Assembly (NCBI RefSeq): GCF_009914755.1
Contig: NC_060930.1
Strand: one strand, 5' to 3'
Source: the human T2T-CHM13v2.0 reference genome, Homo sapiens
DNA length: 64,000 nt
The first letter of the stretch is position 1, and each line of letters opens with the position of its first letter. The notes under the pieces were generated by a model that saw only the letters and a program-made list of their open reading frames with translations, ran no database searches and had not been told where the DNA came from. Below, one piece after another: positions 32,070 through 46,892 of the stretch. The translations under genes were made by a program, and so were the position numbers.

Positions 32070-33483
32070 TTTTTTTTAAATTTTTTTAGTATTTATTGAT
32101 CATTCTTGGGTGTTTCTCGGAGAGGGGGATTTGGCAGGGTCGTAGGACAATAGTGGAGAGAAGGTCAGCAGATAAACATGTGAACAAAGGTCTCTGGTTT
32201 TCCTAGGCAGAGGGCCCTGCCGCCTTCCCCAGTGTTTGTGTCCCTGGGTACTTGAGATTAGGGAGTGGTGATGACTCTTAACGAGCATGCTGCCTTCAAG
32301 CATCTGTTTAACAAAGCACATCTTGCACCGCCCTTAATCCATTTAACCCTTAGTGGACACAGCACATGTTTCAGAGAGCACGGGGTTGGGGGTAAGGTTA
32401 TAGATTAACCGCATCCCAAGGCAGAAGAATTTTTCTTAGTACAGAACAAAATGGAGTCTCCTATGTCTACCTCTTTCTACATAGACACATCAACAATCTG
32501 ATCTCTCCTTCCCTTCCCCACATGTCCCCCCTTTCCACTCAACAAAACCGCCATCATCATCATGGCCCGTTCTCAATGAGCTGTTGGGTACACCTCCCAG
32601 ACGGGTTGGCGGCTGGGCAGAGGGGCTCCCCACTTCCCAGACAGGGCTGCCAGGCAGAGGCGCCCCCCACCTCCCGGATGGGGTGGCTGGCCGGGCAGGG
32701 GCTGCCCCCCACGTCCCGGACAGGGAGGCTGCCGGGTGGAGATGCTCCTCACTTCCCAGACGGGGCAGCTGCCGGGCGGAGGGGCTCCTCACTTCTCAGA
32801 TGGGGCAGCCGGTCAGAGACGCTCGTCACCTCCCAGACGGGGTGGCAGCGGGGCAGAGACACTCCTCAGTTCCCAGACGGGGTCGCGGCCAGGCAGAGGG
32901 TCTCCTCACATCCCAGATGGAGCGGTGGGGCAGAGGCGCTCCCCACATCCCAGACGATGGGCGGCCGGGCAGAGACACTCCTCACTTTCCAGACAGGATG
33001 ACAGCCGGGCAGAGGCTGCAATCTCGGCACTTTGGGAGGCCAAGGCAGGCAGCTGGGAGGTGGAGGTTGCAGCGAGCGGAGATCACCCACTGCACTCCAG
33101 CGTGGGCAACGTTGAGCACTGAGTGAGCGAGACTCCGTCTGCAATCCCGGCACCTCGGGAGGCCGAGGCTGGCAGATCACTCGTGGTCAGGAGCTGGAGA
33201 CCAGCCCAGCCAACACGGCGAAACCCCGTCTCCACCATAAAATACAAAAACCAGTCAGGCGTGGCGGCGCGCGCCTGCAATCCCAGGCACTCAGCAGGCT
33301 GAGGCAGGAGAATCAGGCAGGGAGGTTGCAGTGAGCCGAGATGGTGGCAGTACAGTCCAGCCTCGGCTGGGCATCAGAGGGAGACAGTGCAAAGAGGGAG
33401 AGGGCAGTACAGTACATCCTCGGCTCGGCATCAGAGGGAGACCATGTAAAGAGGGAGAGGGAGAGGGAGAGGGAGAAGGAGAG
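32070..33483 (-). mobile_element. Full-length SVA (older subfamily, B/C-like)
   Basis: Poly-T, SINE-R (tttattgatcattcttgggtg), GC-rich VNTR, Alu-like domain and (CCCTCT)n head; perfect 15-bp TSD ctcaaacataaattt at 32055-32069 and 33484-33498. Confidence 0.96.
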
Positions 33484-33770
33484 CTCAAACATAAATTTAA
33501 TTGTCTCAGCAAGGCAATTTTTACCTTTCTGCAGAAGGGGTGCCCCTTGCAGATGAAACAATGGCAAGAGCACACCTGGACAGGGGAGGGGCAGGAGTTC
33601 TTATTCCTGATGCAGGTAGCCCCTATTGCTATGTCGTTCCCCTATTAGCTAGGGTTGGACTGCACAGTCTAAGTTAATTCTGATTGGCTATTTTAAAGAG
33701 GGCAGGGGTACGAGCCAGAGTGGCAGGGTGAGTGGTTTGGCGGGAAGGATGGTTAGGGACAGGTAACTAA

Positions 33771-33860
33771 AGGTGACTTAGGTCAGAGCAGGTGACCAAG
33801 GGTGACTCAGGTTTTGCAAAGCAGGTGACTGGGATGAGTCAGGAAGGAGCAGGTGACCAG
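33771..33860. promoter_or_regulatory. AP-1 motif cluster in LTR10 internal repeats
   Basis: TGACTCA 33803-33809, TGAGTCA 33835-33841 and near-match TGACTTA 33774-33780 among gcaggtgac repeats. Confidence 0.6.
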
Positions 33861-34060
33861 GGGAACAGATGTGAACTACTGATTAGGACTGGTGGGAAAG
33901 TTGTTTACTGAAACTAGAAGCGAGGAGCCAAAGAGAACCAGGAAGTTAAACTTTAAAATGGAGAATCGAAGAATATGATAGCTGAACATACTGACATACT
34001 GATTCTTTGAAGAGAAACTTGGGGTTCACTATATTTAACAAAAAGATTTAACCAAGAATA

Positions 34061-34175
34061 TGCTGGGCTCAGTGGTTCACACCTGTAATCCCAGCACTGT
34101 AGGAGGTAGAGGCCAGCAGAGGCAGACCACTTGAGCCCAGGAGTTTGAGGTAACATAGTAAGACTACTTACAAGA
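34061..34175 (+). mobile_element. FLAM / Alu left monomer
   Basis: gctgggctcagtggttcacacctgtaatcccagcact...cttgagcccaggagtttgag. Confidence 0.8.
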
Positions 34176-34199
34176 ATTCTTATGGGAAGGTGAAAAGTG

Positions 34200-35470
34200 G
34201 TATTCATTAAACACGGAATTTATAGGCATGCAATATTCCCGAGACTATTGGAAACCTTTATTGATAATCTGCAAGTAGTTATTCTACAAAGAGAAATCCA
34301 TGCTAATTGATTAGGGAATGATGGAGATAAATATGACCAAAGCTGTGATAAAACAAATTTCTCATCTCAACTTTATATGATCAAAATATCAGAAATGAAA
34401 AAAGTATATAAAGAGAAAACTTGGTAACAAATTAACTATACCTCAATAACTCAAGGACGTATAAAGAATAGAGAGACTCCCAGCCTGGGCAACATGGTGA
34501 AATCTTGTCTCTACAAAAAATAGAAAAATTAGCCAGGCATGATGGTGCATGCCTGTGGTCTCAGCTACTTGGGAGACTGAGGTGGGAGGATCACTTGAGC
34601 TTGGGAGGTCCAGGCTGTAGTGAGCCTTGATTGTGTTACTGCACTCTAGCTAGGGCAAGTTTCAGAGAATAGAGGAGAAAAGGGAAAGCTTTCTAATTTT
34701 TTCACTAACACTGTTTTAGATTTGATATCAAAACTTGTAAAAGGGAATCCAGGAAATTAAAATTGTAGACCCACTCAGTTATGAATATAGATGTAAAATC
34801 CTAAAGAAATAATTTTTGAATTATTTCAGTTATATATTAAACAACAATAACAATAATATTTCATGAGGAAATATGTTTTCAAAAATTAAAAAAAAACTAC
34901 CAATGCAATGTATTGGAACACCGATTAAATTAAAAAAGAATATTATCCGGACAGATGTAGACACATTTAATGAAATTCAGAAATCAGTCATTAAAAAAAT
35001 AAGCCAGCAACCTAAGATCATAAAGTAAAATCCTAAACCTGATTAAGGGTCTTTATCAATAATGGAACAATAAGCAGTACGTATGATATTGCAACATTTC
35101 CATTAAAGTTAGGAAGACAAATCTTGTTGACTGTTCAACATTATACTGTACTGGAGAGATACAGCAATATAATAATTATAAAAATGGGAAGAATAAAAAT
35201 TAGAAAAGAAAGAATAAACTATTGAAATATGATAGTTTACATGAATAAACCTAAGATTTTAATCATGAAACTTTTAAAATTTAAATAAATTTCAATGCTG
35301 TGATTGGATACAATACCCATATATGAAAATCATTTGGTTTCTTATGTATTAGCAGTAGTAAATTAGAAAAAAAGAAAGTAATCTAAGATATATTTATAAA
35401 TACAATGAAAGCTTTTTGAGCTTTGGAAGCATAATTTTAAAACAACTTATAGACATAAATGAAGAGAAAT
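34200..35470 (+). mobile_element. Ancient L1M ORF2 relic containing an Alu fragment
   Basis: atgaatatagatgtaaaatcctaaa and catttaatgaaattcag resemble L1 RT-region DNA; boundaries approximate. Confidence 0.55.
34480..34659 (+). mobile_element. AluJ fragment truncated at both ends
   Basis: ccagcctgggcaacatggtgaaa...gaggtgggaggatcacttgagc...ctagggcaag; no poly-A. Confidence 0.88.
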
Positions 35471-37689
35471 GCAAAGACAGAAACAAGAATGACAAAGAAC
35501 CTCCTGTGTTAAGCATGCTTCCAAATCCAAGATGCAAGATACATGAAGACAAGTAGTATGAGAAAGAGAATCCACAAAAGTAACAAAGAAAAATTAGATT
35601 TATCCCAGTCTAAATGCAACCTGGGAGAAAAAAAGATTTTAGAATATTTAAGATTAATTTTTTTAACTCATTTACTCATTCAATAATAATTACCATTATT
35701 GTGCATATGCCTGTCAGGTGCTGTTCTGATTACATATAGTATAGTGAGGAGAGCTGCAGGGATAGCATGACTACAAATGTAATCAGTGCTGAATTTGTGG
35801 GGATCTCAAAGGAAACAGAATTTTATCGTAATCCTGGTTAATACAGGAATTGGTGAGTCAGGCCTTGGGTTTAATTTCTTCTGCCAAATGAAAGGATACA
35901 TATAACTCTACAGAAAAAAATCTGAGTTCCTTGTACTTGGGGATCCTTCTCTGTAGACAGCTTATTGATACTCCCATTCTGTTTGTTCCAGAAAAAAATA
36001 TTAATATAAAATAACAGATATTGAAAGTTTTCCCTTAAGAATCTCTAATATTTGGAAAAGTTAAAATAAATGTACTTGTATTAGTCCCTATACTGATATC
36101 AACCTATTTTATTAACCAGGCTCATGTCCATCCCTTTTACTATACAATTGTGGTCTAGGTCAGGATCATTCATTGGTCATATAAAGGAAAAGCAAATGTG
36201 GATATTTAGAATGCAAACCTTAGCATTTCCTCTTCTGGTAAGCTCAGTGAGTGAGACCATTAGGGCTGAGCCAAAATGCAGGAACTTGTTTCTAAATAGC
36301 TTGACCTAAAATAAAGATAATAGAGGAGCTATTTTCTTTGGTTTCCTTTCACAAATGCTTTGGGTTTTTTGTTTGTTTGGATAAAAACACCAAGGATCAT
36401 TCCACCATTTGGTCAAAATGTATTTCTTGCAGAATCTCTTCTTTCCCAGATGTAGGAAACAGTCCTGTTTATGTTAGTGTAATAAATCTAAGAAATAAAG
36501 GAGCTGTTGTCACCTCTTTGTCCAGTTTATAGTAAGGATCAGTGTGAAGCTTACATTCCAGAGGTGTATTCATTCAATTCTACAAGCACCAATTTCATCT
36601 GGACTTCTTGATATTTCAACTAAGTGAAGTTACTCTTGGCTCTTTGTGAGTGGTCAGAAATACGGCTTTTTTTCTATTAGCTTCAAAAGGATTTATTTAT
36701 ATTTCATCTTAGTTCTAAATTGCTTTCTCATCTAATATTTTCTTCTGATTTTTATAGCAGCTTGAGAGATACACAAGTATAATAATTCTTATTTTATTCA
36801 TGAAGAAATAAAATCTCCAAGAGAAGATGTGGATTTTCAGTAGAACTGAAACTTCTGAATCTTTGCTTAGTGTACTTTTATTAAGTTCATTTACTTGAAC
36901 ATTTATTCATCAACACATAATTATTGAGTGCCTAACTTAGGCCAAACTATTGCAGGAACTCTACTGCCTATCAAGTTTGATTGTCACTGTTCTTTATAAG
37001 TGTTAGAAAGATTTCTAGTGACAAGAACTTCTGATATTAATTATGAAGAGAACATCTCTACTTTATTTTTTCAGTCTTAAAAACTAGTCTATGTTATTAT
37101 TACAACTTGTTCAGACATAACTTTGATAATGCTTTCAGCCCAAGTTTATGAGAATTTAAATGTCAATATTTCTGTTATTGACAGCAATTAAGTCAATATT
37201 TGATAGCAAACATTTCAAACTTTTTCCTTTAATGAGGGATGAATTTGGCTTGAAAGGTTTTAAAGTCAGACCCTTGACTGTAACCTATGAGCAGCTTTAA
37301 AATTTATTAAACCACCAAATATTAGAAGCCCATCATTTACACTCTGATTTGCTCTAATATGCTGTTTGTATTCTCTTTCTCCAAATACTTAATATGATCA
37401 GTCCCTTTCCTATGACACATTTAAAAATTCACTTTTTTCTACAAATATATACCACAATATTTATTATATAACATATAGCAGATATTCATTGATTTTTTTT
37501 GTTGGTGGTGGTGGTAGTTTTTAGTGTCCTGTGAATGCAAGGAAATAACACCAAAACGTGGTAGCAGGGAGGTAGTAGTGAGTTCAGCAGCTCAACTTCC
37601 CTACTGCTCTTTGTAGCCAAGAGCATCTCGGATCATTGTTCGTATCCCAATATGGCAGTTTCAATGTTCAGACACAAGGTGGATTTTTT

Positions 37690-38490
37690 TCTTCACAGAT
37701 TTATCCAGTTGTTCTACATTATTGATTGAAATGACTTTCCCTTCACTTTTGAATTACTATGGCATATTTATATCAAAGATCAATTGACCATATATGTGTG
37801 GGTCTATGTCTGGACCCTATTCTGTTCTACTGATCTATTCTTCTATCCTTATGCCAATTCTAGATTATCTTGATTACTGTAGCTTTATAATTTGGCTTGA
37901 AGTCAGATAATGTAAATCCTTTACCTTTACTCTTCTTTTTCAATTTTTTTTTGCTATTGTAGCTCTTTTGCATTTCCATATTAACTTGTCATTTTCTACA
38001 AAAAAAGTTCATTGTGATTTTATGTAGATTGTATTCAACCCATAGATCAATTTGTGGACAATTGACATCTTAGCAATTTTGAGCCTTCTAATCCATTAAC
38101 ATGGTATATCTCCATTTAGGTTCACTTAAATTTATTTCAGCGTGTATTGTATCTTTATTGTAAAATTCTTGCCTATCTTTTGTTAATTTTTTAACTTAAG
38201 GATATGTTATAAATAATTATGTATATATTTATTGCAAATAATTTTTTAATTTAATTTTTCCAATTGTTGCTAGTATATAGAAATACAATCAGCTGATTTT
38301 TATATTAATTTGTATTTTGCCACTTTGCTAAGTTAACTTATTGGTTTTGGGACTTTTATAGATTCCTTTCCATTTTGTAACTAAAAAAAATGTCTGTAAA
38401 TAAAATTTAGTTTAACTCTTTCATTCCTTTTTTTATTTCTTTTTATGCCTTTGTGTTTCCTTAGGACATTGTTTGGTACCTTCAATATGA
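37690..38490 (-). mobile_element. Old L1M ORF2 fragment
   Basis: tcaattgaccatatatgtgtgggtcta; cttgattactgtagctttataa; aattgacatcttagcaattttgagccttctaatcca. Confidence 0.8.
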
Positions 38491-38491
38491 C

Positions 38492-41400
38492 TTTTTTTTT
38501 GTTTTTTTAAATTATTATTATTTTACTTTTTAAGTTCCAGGGTACATGTGCAGGATGTGCAGGTTTGTTACATAGGTAAACATGTGCCATGGTGGCTTGC
38601 TGCCCCTATCAACCCTTCACCCAGGTATTAAGCTCAGCATGCATTAGCTCTCTTCCCTAATGTTCTCACCCCACTCTGCCCTCCCCTGACAGGCTCCAGT
38701 GTGTGTTGTTTCCCTCCCTGTGTCCATGTGTTCTCGTTGTTCAGCTACCACTTATAAGTGTGAACCTGCAGTGTTGGTTTTCTGTTCCTGCATTAGTTCA
38801 CTGAGGATAATGGCTTCCAGCTTTATCCATGTCCCTGCAAAGACATAATCTTGTTCCTTTTTATGACTGCATAGCATTTCATGCTGTACATGTAGCACAT
38901 TTTCTTTATCCAGTCTATCAGTGATGGGCATTTGTGTTGATTCCATGTCTTTGCTATTGTGAATGGTGCTGCAATGAACATACGTGTGCATGTATCTTTA
39001 TAATAGAATGATTTATTTTCCTTTGGGTATATACGCAGTAATGGGATTGCTGGGTCAAATGGTATTTCTGGTTCTGAATCTTTGAGGAGTCACCACACTG
39101 TCTTCCACAATGATTGAACTAATTTACATTTTCACCAACCCTGTAAAAGCATTCCTATTTCTCCACTACCTCATCAGCATCTGTTGTTTTTTTGACTTTT
39201 TAATAATCACCATTCTGACAGGTGTGAGATGGTATCTCATTGTGGTTTTGATTTGCATTTCTCTAATAATCAGATGTTGAGCTTTTTTTCATGTTTGTTG
39301 GCTGCATGTATGTTTTTTTTTGAGAAGCGTCTGTTCCTGTCCTTTGCCCACTTAGTAATGGGGTTGTTTTTTCTTGTAAATTTGCTTAAGTTCCTTGTAG
39401 ATTCTGGATATTAGAGCTCTGTCAAGTGGATAGACTGCAAAATTTTTCTCCCATTCTGTAGGTTGTCTGTTCACTCTGATGATAGTTTCTTTTGCTGTGC
39501 AGAAGCTCTGAGGTTTAATTAGATCCCATTTGTCAATTTTTGCTTTTATTGCAATTGCTTTAGGCAAATTCATCATACAACCTTTGCCCATGTCTGTGTC
39601 CTGAATGGTATTGCCTAGTGGGGTATTAAAGTCTCCCACTATTATTGTGTGGGGGTCTGAGTCTCTTTGTAGGTCTTTAAGAACTTGTTTTATGAATCTG
39701 GGTGCTCCTGTATTGTGTGCATATATATTTAGAATAATTAGCTCTTATTGTTGTATTGAACCCTTTACCATTATGTAATGCCCTTCTTTGTCTTTTTTGA
39801 TCTTTGCTGGTTTAAAGTCTATTTTGTCAGAAACTAGGATTGCAACCCCTGCTTCTTTCTGTTTTCCATTTGCTTGGTAAATTTTCCTCCATCCCTTTAT
39901 TTTGAGCCTATGTGTGTCTTTGCATGTGTGATGTGTGTCTTGAATACAGCACACTGATGGGTCTTGTCTTTTTATCCAGCTTGCCATTCTGTGTCTTTTA
40001 ATTGGGGCATTTAGCCCATTTACATTTAAGGTTAATATTGTTATGTGTGAATTTGATCCTGTTATTATGATGCTGGCTGGTTAATTTTGCAGAATTGTTA
40101 ATGTAGTTACTTCATAGTGTTGTTGGTCTGTGTACTTCAGTGTGTTTTTGTAATGGCTGGTAATATTTTTTCCTTTTCATGTTTAGTGCTTCCTTCAAGA
40201 GCTCTTGCAAGGCAGGCCTGATGGTGACAAAATCCCTCAGCATTTGCTTGTCTGAAAAGGATTTTATTTCTCCTTTGTTTATGAAGCTTAGTTTAGCCAG
40301 ATATGAAATTCTGCATTAGAAATTCTTTTCTTTAAGAATGTTGTATATTGGCCCCCAATTTCTTCTGGCTTGTAGGGTTTCCACTGAGACACTTGCTGTT
40401 AGTCTGATGAGCTTCCCTTTGTTTCTCTCTGGCTGCCCTTAACATTTTTTCTTTCATTTTGACCTTGGAGAATCTGATGATTATGTGTCTTGGGGTTGAT
40501 CTTCTTGTAGAGTACCTTAGTGGGGTTCTCTGTATTTCTTCAATTCGAATGTTGGCCTGTCTTGCTAGGTTGGGGAAGTTCTCCTGGATGATAACCTGAA
40601 GTGTGTTTTCCAACTTGGTTCCATTCTACCCGTCTTTTTCAGGTACTGCAATCCATTGTAGGTTTGGTCTTTTTACATAATCCCATAGTTCTCGGAGGTT
40701 TTGTTCATTCATTTTCATTGTTTTTTCTCTAATCTTTTCTACCTGCCTTATTTCAGCAAGACAGTCTTCAAGCTCTGATATTCTCTCTTCCACTTGGTCG
40801 ATTTGGCTACTGATACTTGTGCTTACATCATGAAGTTCTTGTGCTGTGTTTTTCAGCTCCATCAGATCATTTATTTTGCTCTCTAAACTGGTTATTCTAG
40901 TTAACAACTCCTGTAATTTTTTAAAAAATCATACTTCTTAGCTTCTTTGCATTGGGTTAGAACATAATCCTTTACCTCAATGAAGTTTGTTATTACCCAC
41001 TTTCTGAAGCCTACTTCTGTCAGTTCATCCATCTCAACTTCAGTCCCGTTCTGTACCCTTGCTGGAGAAGTGTTGTGATCATTTGGAGGAGAAGAGGCAT
41101 TCTGGATGCTGGAATTTTCAGTGTTTTTGCATTGATTTTTTCCTAATCTTCATGGGTTTATCTACCTTTGATCTTTCAGGCTGTATTCCTTTGGGTGGAA
41201 TTTTTATGGGGTCTTTTTTGTTGGTGGTGTTGTTCTTGTTGCCTTCTGTTTGTCTGTTTTTCTTCTATCAGTCAGGCCTCTTTTCTGGAAGGCTCTTGCA
41301 GTTTGCTGGGGGTCCACTCCAGACCCTGTTTGCCTGGAAATTGCCAGTGGAGGCCACAGAACAGCAAAGATTGTTGCCTTCTCCTTCCTGTGGAAGCTTC

Positions 41401-41655
41401 ATCTCAGAGGGGCACCAACCTGATGCCAGCTGGAACTCTCCTGTATGAGGTGTCTGCTGACCCCTCTTGGGAAGTCTCACCCAGTCCAGAGGCACAGAAT
41501 CAGGGACTCTCTTAAGGAAGCGGTCTGAGTGTCCCTTAGTGGAGCTAGTGCACTGTGCTGGGGAAATCCCTCACATCTGGACCAGCCAGACTCTTCAGAG
41601 CTAACAGGTAGGAAAGATTAAGTCCACTGAAACTGAGACTGCGGCCGCCCCCTCT
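38492..41655 (-). mobile_element. L1PA (8A/10-like) with a ~2.5 kb internal ORF2 deletion and partial 5' UTR
   Basis: 3' UTR and ORF2 end at 38492-39618; EN start, ORF1 (QENFPNLARQ) and part of the 5' UTR at 39617-41655. Confidence 0.9.
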
Positions 41656-42520
<865 letters not shown>

Positions 42521-42770
42521 TGGTTGACTTCAAGTCACGTTTATTGATTTTTTTTTTTTTTTACAATTCAATCGTAGAATGGGGTTGTAGATGAGACAAG
42601 TATCAAAATTTGATTTGGCTAGATTTAATTGTGGTTTAACAACAAACAAGACCCTGGCCCTGACTAAGGAGTTCACAGTCTATGATATTTATGGAGACAA
42701 ACTATAAATATATAAAAGTTTAAAAAGTAGTAATTGAAGTTTAATAAATGGATATTCCTGAGGGAAGGAA

Positions 42771-43767
<997 letters not shown>

Positions 43768-45413
43768 TCAGGGTAAAAACTTAATAATAGGACTATTATA
43801 CTGGATAAAATATCAAATTGGATGACTTCTAAGATTCTTTGATGGGAGAACCACTTCAAAATCAAGAAGTTTAGAAAGATAATAAACTGACAAATATGGC
43901 AGCATATATTCATTTGGGAAAGGAACAACATATTTGATAAAATACTTTGTAGGACAGATAAAAAGATATAGAGAGATAGATATAAAATTAAAACTGTTAA
44001 CAATGCCCAACAACTTTTTTCTTTTCGGCACATTTATTTACCATTCCATAGAAGAGATGATAAAGAATCCAAAAACATTATTTCAGCTGTCACTATGGCT
44101 GTCTGTCTAAGTTACTGTTCATTATGAGACAGGTATTATGAGATAAAATCATATCATTTCTTCTGTTATAAGATAGGAAAACCATATTTCTTACCTACTC
44201 AAGCTACATTTAATTCTTAATTGAGGACTAAAATGTTAGGAGGATGCCCTAGAATAAGCTTATTAGACTTAGAGGAGATAAGCTTTTATCCTGGGAAGAT
44301 TACAGTTATAAAATATAGTGTCAGAAACTATAAGGAATTTTTTTTTCAAGGAGCTAAAAATAGCTATGTGGAATATACACAGGTGACTATTTTCTTCTTC
44401 ACTTTGACTTTAGATCCTTTTCTAATTAGTTTTTCTTCTCTCTGTAGCCTTTCTTCTCTCTGAAGTCTTTCTTCCTCCTTTTCTCATAAAAACTGAAAGA
44501 ATATTTTAGTAAATATATATCATTTATATAAACATATATTTTATTATTGAAAAGCATGTTTCCAGTAAGCAAAAATCAAGCCTTTGTAGGCTTTATAAGC
44601 AAAAGTTGACACATTGTCCACTTAATTTAATATTGACATTATGAAATGATATCTTTATGTTGATGTAGATTAGAAGTCCTGCCTAATATGGAATCTTGCA
44701 GTGATAATAGGCCATACAAAAAGAAGAGAGCTTAATGTGTGGGAATATATGGAAAAATTGAGGGATGTTAGCACTAGAAATATAATACCAAAAAGGATAG
44801 AGCATCATAAATTCGTAGTGTAATTATAAGCTGACAGAGAGGAATGGTTTCCCTTGATTTGTTTGAACTTTTTATGTAATATGCAATTTTTGTGTCATAT
44901 TTGTGAAAGCTATTTTTTTCCAGCTTGTTAGATGATGGCAGTAGTTCTTAATAAATAACACAAGCAATGAGATAAATAACTGTGTCTGTGTGTGTGTGTA
45001 GTTATTAAGTATCTATTTATTACACTTGAATGACTACTTTTAAAACTTTTTATATATTTATAGTTTGTCTCCATAAATATCATAGACCGTGAGCTCCTTG
45101 GTCAGGGCCTGTGTCTTATTTGTTGGTGGATAAACCACAGTTCAACCTAACCAAACCAAATTTTGATACTTGTCTCATCTACAACCCCATTCTATGTTTG
45201 AATTGTAAAAAAATCAATAAGCATGACTTTAAGTCAACCATTTCCACTTGTTCAGTTTTCCTAGGTGGGGTTTTGGGATTGAAGGTATGTAAATATTTCC
45301 TTATAGAGTAGAAGATAAGCAGTCTGAGGCTGAGGAAATGGAGCTTCCTCAAAGAAGCCTTCATTGGAGGAGAGGGAGGAGAGGTAGCAGTGGGTATTAG
45401 AAATGAAAAATGT

Positions 45414-45710
45414 TTTTTTTTTTTTTTTTTGAGAGGGAGTCTCGCTCTGTCTCCCAGGCTGGAGAGCAGTGGCGCAATCTCAGCTCACTGCAAGCTCCGC
45501 CTCCCGGGTTCACGCCATTCTCCTGCCTCAGCTCCCGAGTAGCTGAGACTACAGGCGCCCACCACCACGCCTGGCTAATTTTTTGTATTTTTAGTAGAGA
45601 CGGGGTTTCACCGTGTTAGCCAGGACGGTCTTGATCTCCTAACCTCGTGATCCACCCGCCTCGGCCTCCCAAAGTGCTGGGATTACAGGCGTGAGCCACC
45701 GCGCCTGGCT
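45414..45710 (-). mobile_element. AluY
   Basis: gcaagctccgcctcccgggttcacgccattc; ccgtgttagccagg; CpG-rich; TSD gaaaaatgt. Confidence 0.95.
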
Positions 45711-45840
45711 GAAAAATGTATTTCTTATTGATTGCTGGTGAGTCGTGAGAGTGGGGAAGCATTAAGAATGAAGAAGCATCTATGATAACCTCAAGAATTC
45801 TGTTTTTGCACAGGGACATGCTCAGGCCGAGAACAAAAAC

Positions 45841-46254
<414 letters not shown>

Positions 46255-46771
46255 CCTATATCATCCTAATAGTAGATAAACCTAATATTCATTCATATTT
46301 TTGAAGTTATACTATGTTCTAATTTTCTGATTAATTCCCCTAGTTTCTTCCCTTTCACTCTCAGATATATAGTTTTGGTTGACAGTATTTGAAATTTGTT
46401 TTGATAAAAAGAAAAAGTTGATTTTTATAATCATGTATCCCCTTTTGCTTATGATAAATCCTCTTTCATGTAAACACTGATGTCTTCAAAGTTGTATTTC
46501 AAACACTGAACACCACTCCTTCATCATGTATTCATATCATTTATTATTGATTGGTCCTTTTGGGAATTTTTTTTTACCCAGGTCTCTGAAGCTGCACCAG
46601 TTTCCACTTTTTTACATGTACGTTCTCTTCAACTAATAGAAAAGCCAAATCAGTTTAAGAAAAAAGTCAACATAATAGCCTTAAAGATTTAGAAATTGCT
46701 ATAGCTAATTTAATCTGTTGTTTGGATGACTAAATTCTCATGACAGCCAGATCAGCCATGCATATACAAAT

Positions 46772-46892
46772 CATAGAAATTAGAGCTGGCATACATGATG
46801 ACTGCCCTCTAGTCAATACACTCATCCTGCAGATAAGAAAACTAAAGTGAAGGAGGTAAAGTAGCTCACTCAAGATCCCACTGCTAATTTGT
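46772..46892 (-). mobile_element. MIR/MIR3 fragment
   Basis: ctcatcctgcagataagaaaactaaag...ctcaagatcccactgctaatt. Confidence 0.55.

Larger units (their letters stand above)
32007..34040 (-). mobile_element. LTR10 (LTR10F/A-like, ERV1) solo LTR, split by an SVA
   Basis: Minus strand begins tgttaaatatagtgaaccccaagtttctcttcaaagaatcagtatgtcagtatgttcagc; TG...CA ends (32007 tgtta / 34040 taaca); aaaa flanks; segments 32007-32069 and 33484-34040. Confidence 0.8.

Noticed and set aside
32590-33010. Repeat-spacer-like pattern (cacttcccagacgggg units) resembling a CRISPR array
   Set aside because: It is the SVA VNTR; whole units are homologous, with no unique spacers or cas genes
32490-33648. Overlapping 100-180 aa ORFs on both strands
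   Set aside because: They arise from the stop-poor GC-rich SVA VNTR and Alu-like domains
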